Source: Gemmatimonadaceae bacterium (GTDB lineage: Bacteria; Gemmatimonadota; Gemmatimonadetes; Gemmatimonadales; Gemmatimonadaceae). From it: a stretch of 42,495 nucleotides of DNA. The translations under genes were made by a program, and so were the position numbers. Shown piece by piece: positions 40,059 through 42,495 of this stretch (its first letter is position 1; each line of letters begins with the position of its first letter). The notes under the pieces are model-generated. The model made no database searches. It saw nothing but the letters and a program-made list of their open reading frames with translations, and was not told the DNA's origin. The stretch covers positions 1 to 42,495 of the forward strand of contig JANRJP010000132.1 of the NCBI GenBank assembly GCA_033763905.1. Reading direction: 5' to 3'.

Positions 40059-41270
40059 ATGCCGCGTCCCGACGCCCCGCGACTGCTCGTGTGTACCGAC
40101 ACGTGGGCTCCACAGGTGAACGGCGTCACCGTGGTCACGAGCCTGAGTGTCGCCGGGTTGATCGCCCGGGGCTGGGATTGCGCCGTCATCGCCCCTGCAT
40201 ACCCCGCTGGCACCCCCGGCGTGCCGTCGCCTGTGGTGGAGTCCGGCGGGGTAACGTCGATCCCGAGCGTTGCCTTCCCCAATTACCCGGACATTCGTGC
40301 CGCGGCACCCGCCCTGCTCCGCGTGCGGGACCGCATTCGCCGCTTTCGCCCCGACCTCATCCACTGCGCGACGGAGTTCATCATCGGGCGTATGGGAATG
40401 TGGGCGGGACGGCAGGCGGACATCCCGGTGGTCACCTCGTATCACACGGATTTTGCCCGTTACGCCGCAGCCTACGGCACCCCGTGGCTGGAGCGACCGA
40501 TTCGGTGGGCGATCCGGCGTTTCCACGCGCGCGCCGTCCGCACCTTCACGCCGGGTCGCAGTGCCGTGGCCGACCTTGAAGCCCTCGGCATCGGACACGC
40601 GCAGCTCTGGGGACGTGGCGTCGACACCACGCTCTTCCATCCGTCCAAGCGCAGCGAAGCGTGGCGCCAGCGGCTTGGGCTCGAGGGCCGCGTCGGCATC
40701 CTGTGCGTGTCTCGCCTCGCGCCAGAAAAGGGGATCGATGTCATTCTCGCCGCGTTCGCTCGACTGCGGGAGCATATCGGCCCGGACCGCGCGCGGCTGA
40801 TCATTGCCGGCACTGGCCCGGAAGAGGCCGCGTTGCGGGCAGCGGCACCGCCGGACGTGGTGTTCCTCGGTACGCTCGATCGGGAACGTGACCTGCCGGC
40901 GCTGTACGCCTCCTGCGATTTGTTCGCGTTCGCCTCGCTCACCGAGACGCTGGGGCTCGTCGTGCTCGAGGCGATGGCGTGCGGGCTGCCGGTGGTGGCC
41001 ACACCAGCGCTCGGCGTGGCCGAAACACTCCGCGACGCCCGCAATGGCCTCGCGGTCCCGCCGCGTGACCCGGCGGCAATGGCGCAGGCCTTGGGGCATC
41101 TGGTCACGCACGCGACGGTCCGCGCGCAGTTGATGCACGGCGCGCTGGTGACGGCACAGCAATTCTCGTGGGAGCGCGAACTCGACCAGCTCGACGCAAC
41201 CTACCGGCAGTGCGCGCGCTCCGCGCCGCCGGTGCGGGCGACACGACCCGAGCGCGTCGCGCTGCGCTGA
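40059..41270 (+). CDS. GT4 glycosyltransferase (Agt/MgtA/SqdX-like glycolipid synthase)
   Basis: TDTWAPQVNGV, IHCATE, SYHTDF..Y, WGRGVD..LFHP, SRLAPEKG, ETLGLVVLEAMACGLPVV. Confidence 0.9.
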   Translation: MPRPDAPRLLVCTDTWAPQVNGVTVVTSLSVAGLIARGWDCAVIAPAYPAGTPGVPSPVVESGGVTSIPSVAFPNYPDIRAAAPALLRVRDRIRRFRPDLIHCATEFIIGRMGMWAGRQADIPVVTSYHTDFARYAAAYGTPWLERPIRWAIRRFHARAVRTFTPGRSAVADLEALGIGHAQLWGRGVDTTLFHPSKRSEAWRQRLGLEGRVGILCVSRLAPEKGIDVILAAFARLREHIGPDRARLIIAGTGPEEAALRAAAPPDVVFLGTLDRERDLPALYASCDLFAFASLTETLGLVVLEAMACGLPVVATPALGVAETLRDARNGLAVPPRDPAAMAQALGHLVTHATVRAQLMHGALVTAQQFSWERELDQLDATYRQCARSAPPVRATRPERVALR

Positions 41271-41311
41271 CCGCTTGCCGCCGCGTGCGCGGTGCACGAC
41301 CATTCGCCCCA

Positions 41312-42130
41312 ATGAACACTCGATCCTGGCGCGTGACCGCCGCGTTGCTCACCGTGGCCGCCCCGTTCGTCGCCGCGCACGATTTCTTTCTCCGGCCGAC
41401 CGCCTTCGACGTCGCGGCAGACACGACCATCACGATCCCCGCACTCAACGGGACGTTCTCGACCAGCGCGAACATCGTCGGGGCCGAGCGACTGACCGCG
41501 CTTGTCGTCGTGCGCAACGGCGTGCGTGACAGCCTGCCGCGCCGCGCGTGGGGGCCGGGGGCCGACTCCACGGCGCAGGTCACCGTACGCACTGGCGCTC
41601 CGGGCCGCCTGGTCGTCGGCGTCGAGACGGCGCCGCGTGTGCTCGCACTCGATGGAAATGCCTTCAACGCGTACCTCGCCGATGACGGGATCCCCGACGA
41701 ACTCGCGGCGCGGCGCCGCGACGGCACGGCCAACGACTCCACGCGCGAGTCCTACGCCAAGTCCGCGAAGACGATCCTCCGCGTGGGTGCCGGCCCGTCC
41801 ACCGGATGGGACGCGCAACTCGGCCACGAAGTGGAACTCGTGCCGTTGCGTGATCCGTACGTTGCGCGGCCCGGCCAGCGCCTGCGGCTTCGCGCCCTGT
41901 CGCGGGGTGCGCCGCTAGCGGGGCAGATCGTCGTGGCCGGGGGACGTCGGACGGACGGCACGCGCATTCCCGCGCAAACCGTGCGCACCGACGCCGACGG
42001 CATCGCCACGATCCGGCTGTCCCACGCGGGGCAGTGGTACGCGAAGTTCATCCGGATGCGTCGAACGGCGCCCGGCGATACCCTCACCCACGAGTCGCGC
42101 TGGGCCAGCCTGACCTTCGGGATTCGGTGA
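41312..42130 (+). CDS. DUF4198/NikM-like secreted protein (putative Ni/Co-related)
   Basis: Signal peptide then AHDFFLRP; FNAYLADDG, RESYAKSAK, ELVPLRDPY, RTDADG, WASLTF. Confidence 0.8.
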   Translation: MNTRSWRVTAALLTVAAPFVAAHDFFLRPTAFDVAADTTITIPALNGTFSTSANIVGAERLTALVVVRNGVRDSLPRRAWGPGADSTAQVTVRTGAPGRLVVGVETAPRVLALDGNAFNAYLADDGIPDELAARRRDGTANDSTRESYAKSAKTILRVGAGPSTGWDAQLGHEVELVPLRDPYVARPGQRLRLRALSRGAPLAGQIVVAGGRRTDGTRIPAQTVRTDADGIATIRLSHAGQWYAKFIRMRRTAPGDTLTHESRWASLTFGIR

Positions 42131-42160
42131 GCCTTCCCGCGTCGAGGCGGCGCGTGGCGA

Positions 42161-42233
42161 TGTCCCGGGCGGGGATCGAACCCGCGACCTACGGATTAAA
42201 AGTCCGCTGCTCTACCAGCTGAGCTACCGGGAC
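42161..42233 (-). tRNA. tRNA-Lys (TTT), CCA not encoded
   Basis: Reverse complement GTCCCGG-TAGCTCAGCTGGTAGAGC-A-GCGGA-CTTTTAA-TCCGT-AGGTC-GCGGGTTCGATCCCCGC-CCGGGAC-A. Confidence 0.96.
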
Positions 42234-42272
42234 GCCACGCCACCGCGCGGGAAGTTAGCGCGCGTGGCCGCG

Positions 42273-42495
42273 CTACGCGGGGACGAGACCGGGTGGCGCA
42301 GCGCGCAGGGCCTGCACGCGTCGCCAGTCGCGGGTCACGAGCCACAGGTCGAGCAGTACCACGACCGTATTCACTTGGCACCACGGGCAGAACGTCTGCA
42401 GCACAATCCACTCGCCGTACTTGAGTCGGATCGTGAACAGCACCGCACCGACGATCAGCACGCCCAGCGCCACCGTCGGCGCCACGGCGTCCTGC
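42273..42495 (-). CDS. Vitamin K epoxide reductase (VKOR)-family protein, 3' part (truncated by window edge)
   Basis: TM helices with LKYGEWIVLQTFCPWC redox motif. Confidence 0.7.
   Translation of the reverse strand, partial: QDAVAPTVALGVLIVGAVLFTIRLKYGEWIVLQTFCPWCQVNTVVVLLDLWLVTRDWRRVQALRAAPPGLVPA

Overview
High-GC (~70%) bacterial chromosomal window. Gene content and style suggest a Gemmatimonadota-like organism, which is inference only. It holds about 43 protein-coding genes and two tRNAs (Asn-GTT, Lys-TTT). I saw no integrase, transposase, CRISPR array or rRNA. Recognisable housekeeping genes are lepA, ftsEX plus an EnvC-like M23 protein, pckA, uvrA, tag, icd, purEK, uppS, holB and moaC. 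Main points of interest: (1) a small ORF missing from the ORF track (12571..12918, minus) with a signal/TM segment, a His-rich HDH-xx-CxxC motif and a C-terminal RAPP ribosome-arrest motif, leading a ZnuD-like TonB receptor and a His-rich lipoprotein, which looks like a metal-sensing translational-attenuation cassette; (2) a translationally coupled run behind lepA encoding a STAS-HATPase kinase, a STAS-wHTH partner, a stand-alone double-psi barrel and a Cys/Met PLP-fold protein that has lost its catalytic Lys; (3) a divergent PAP2 / GT4 pair with 11-bp-phased Pho-box-like repeats; (4) a recurrent TAnnnT box 5-8 nt before start codons, suggesting leaderless mRNAs; (5) a 59-aa ORF, also missing from the track, coupled to an FHA-PP2C operon. 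All calls come from reading motifs by eye; no database searches were run.
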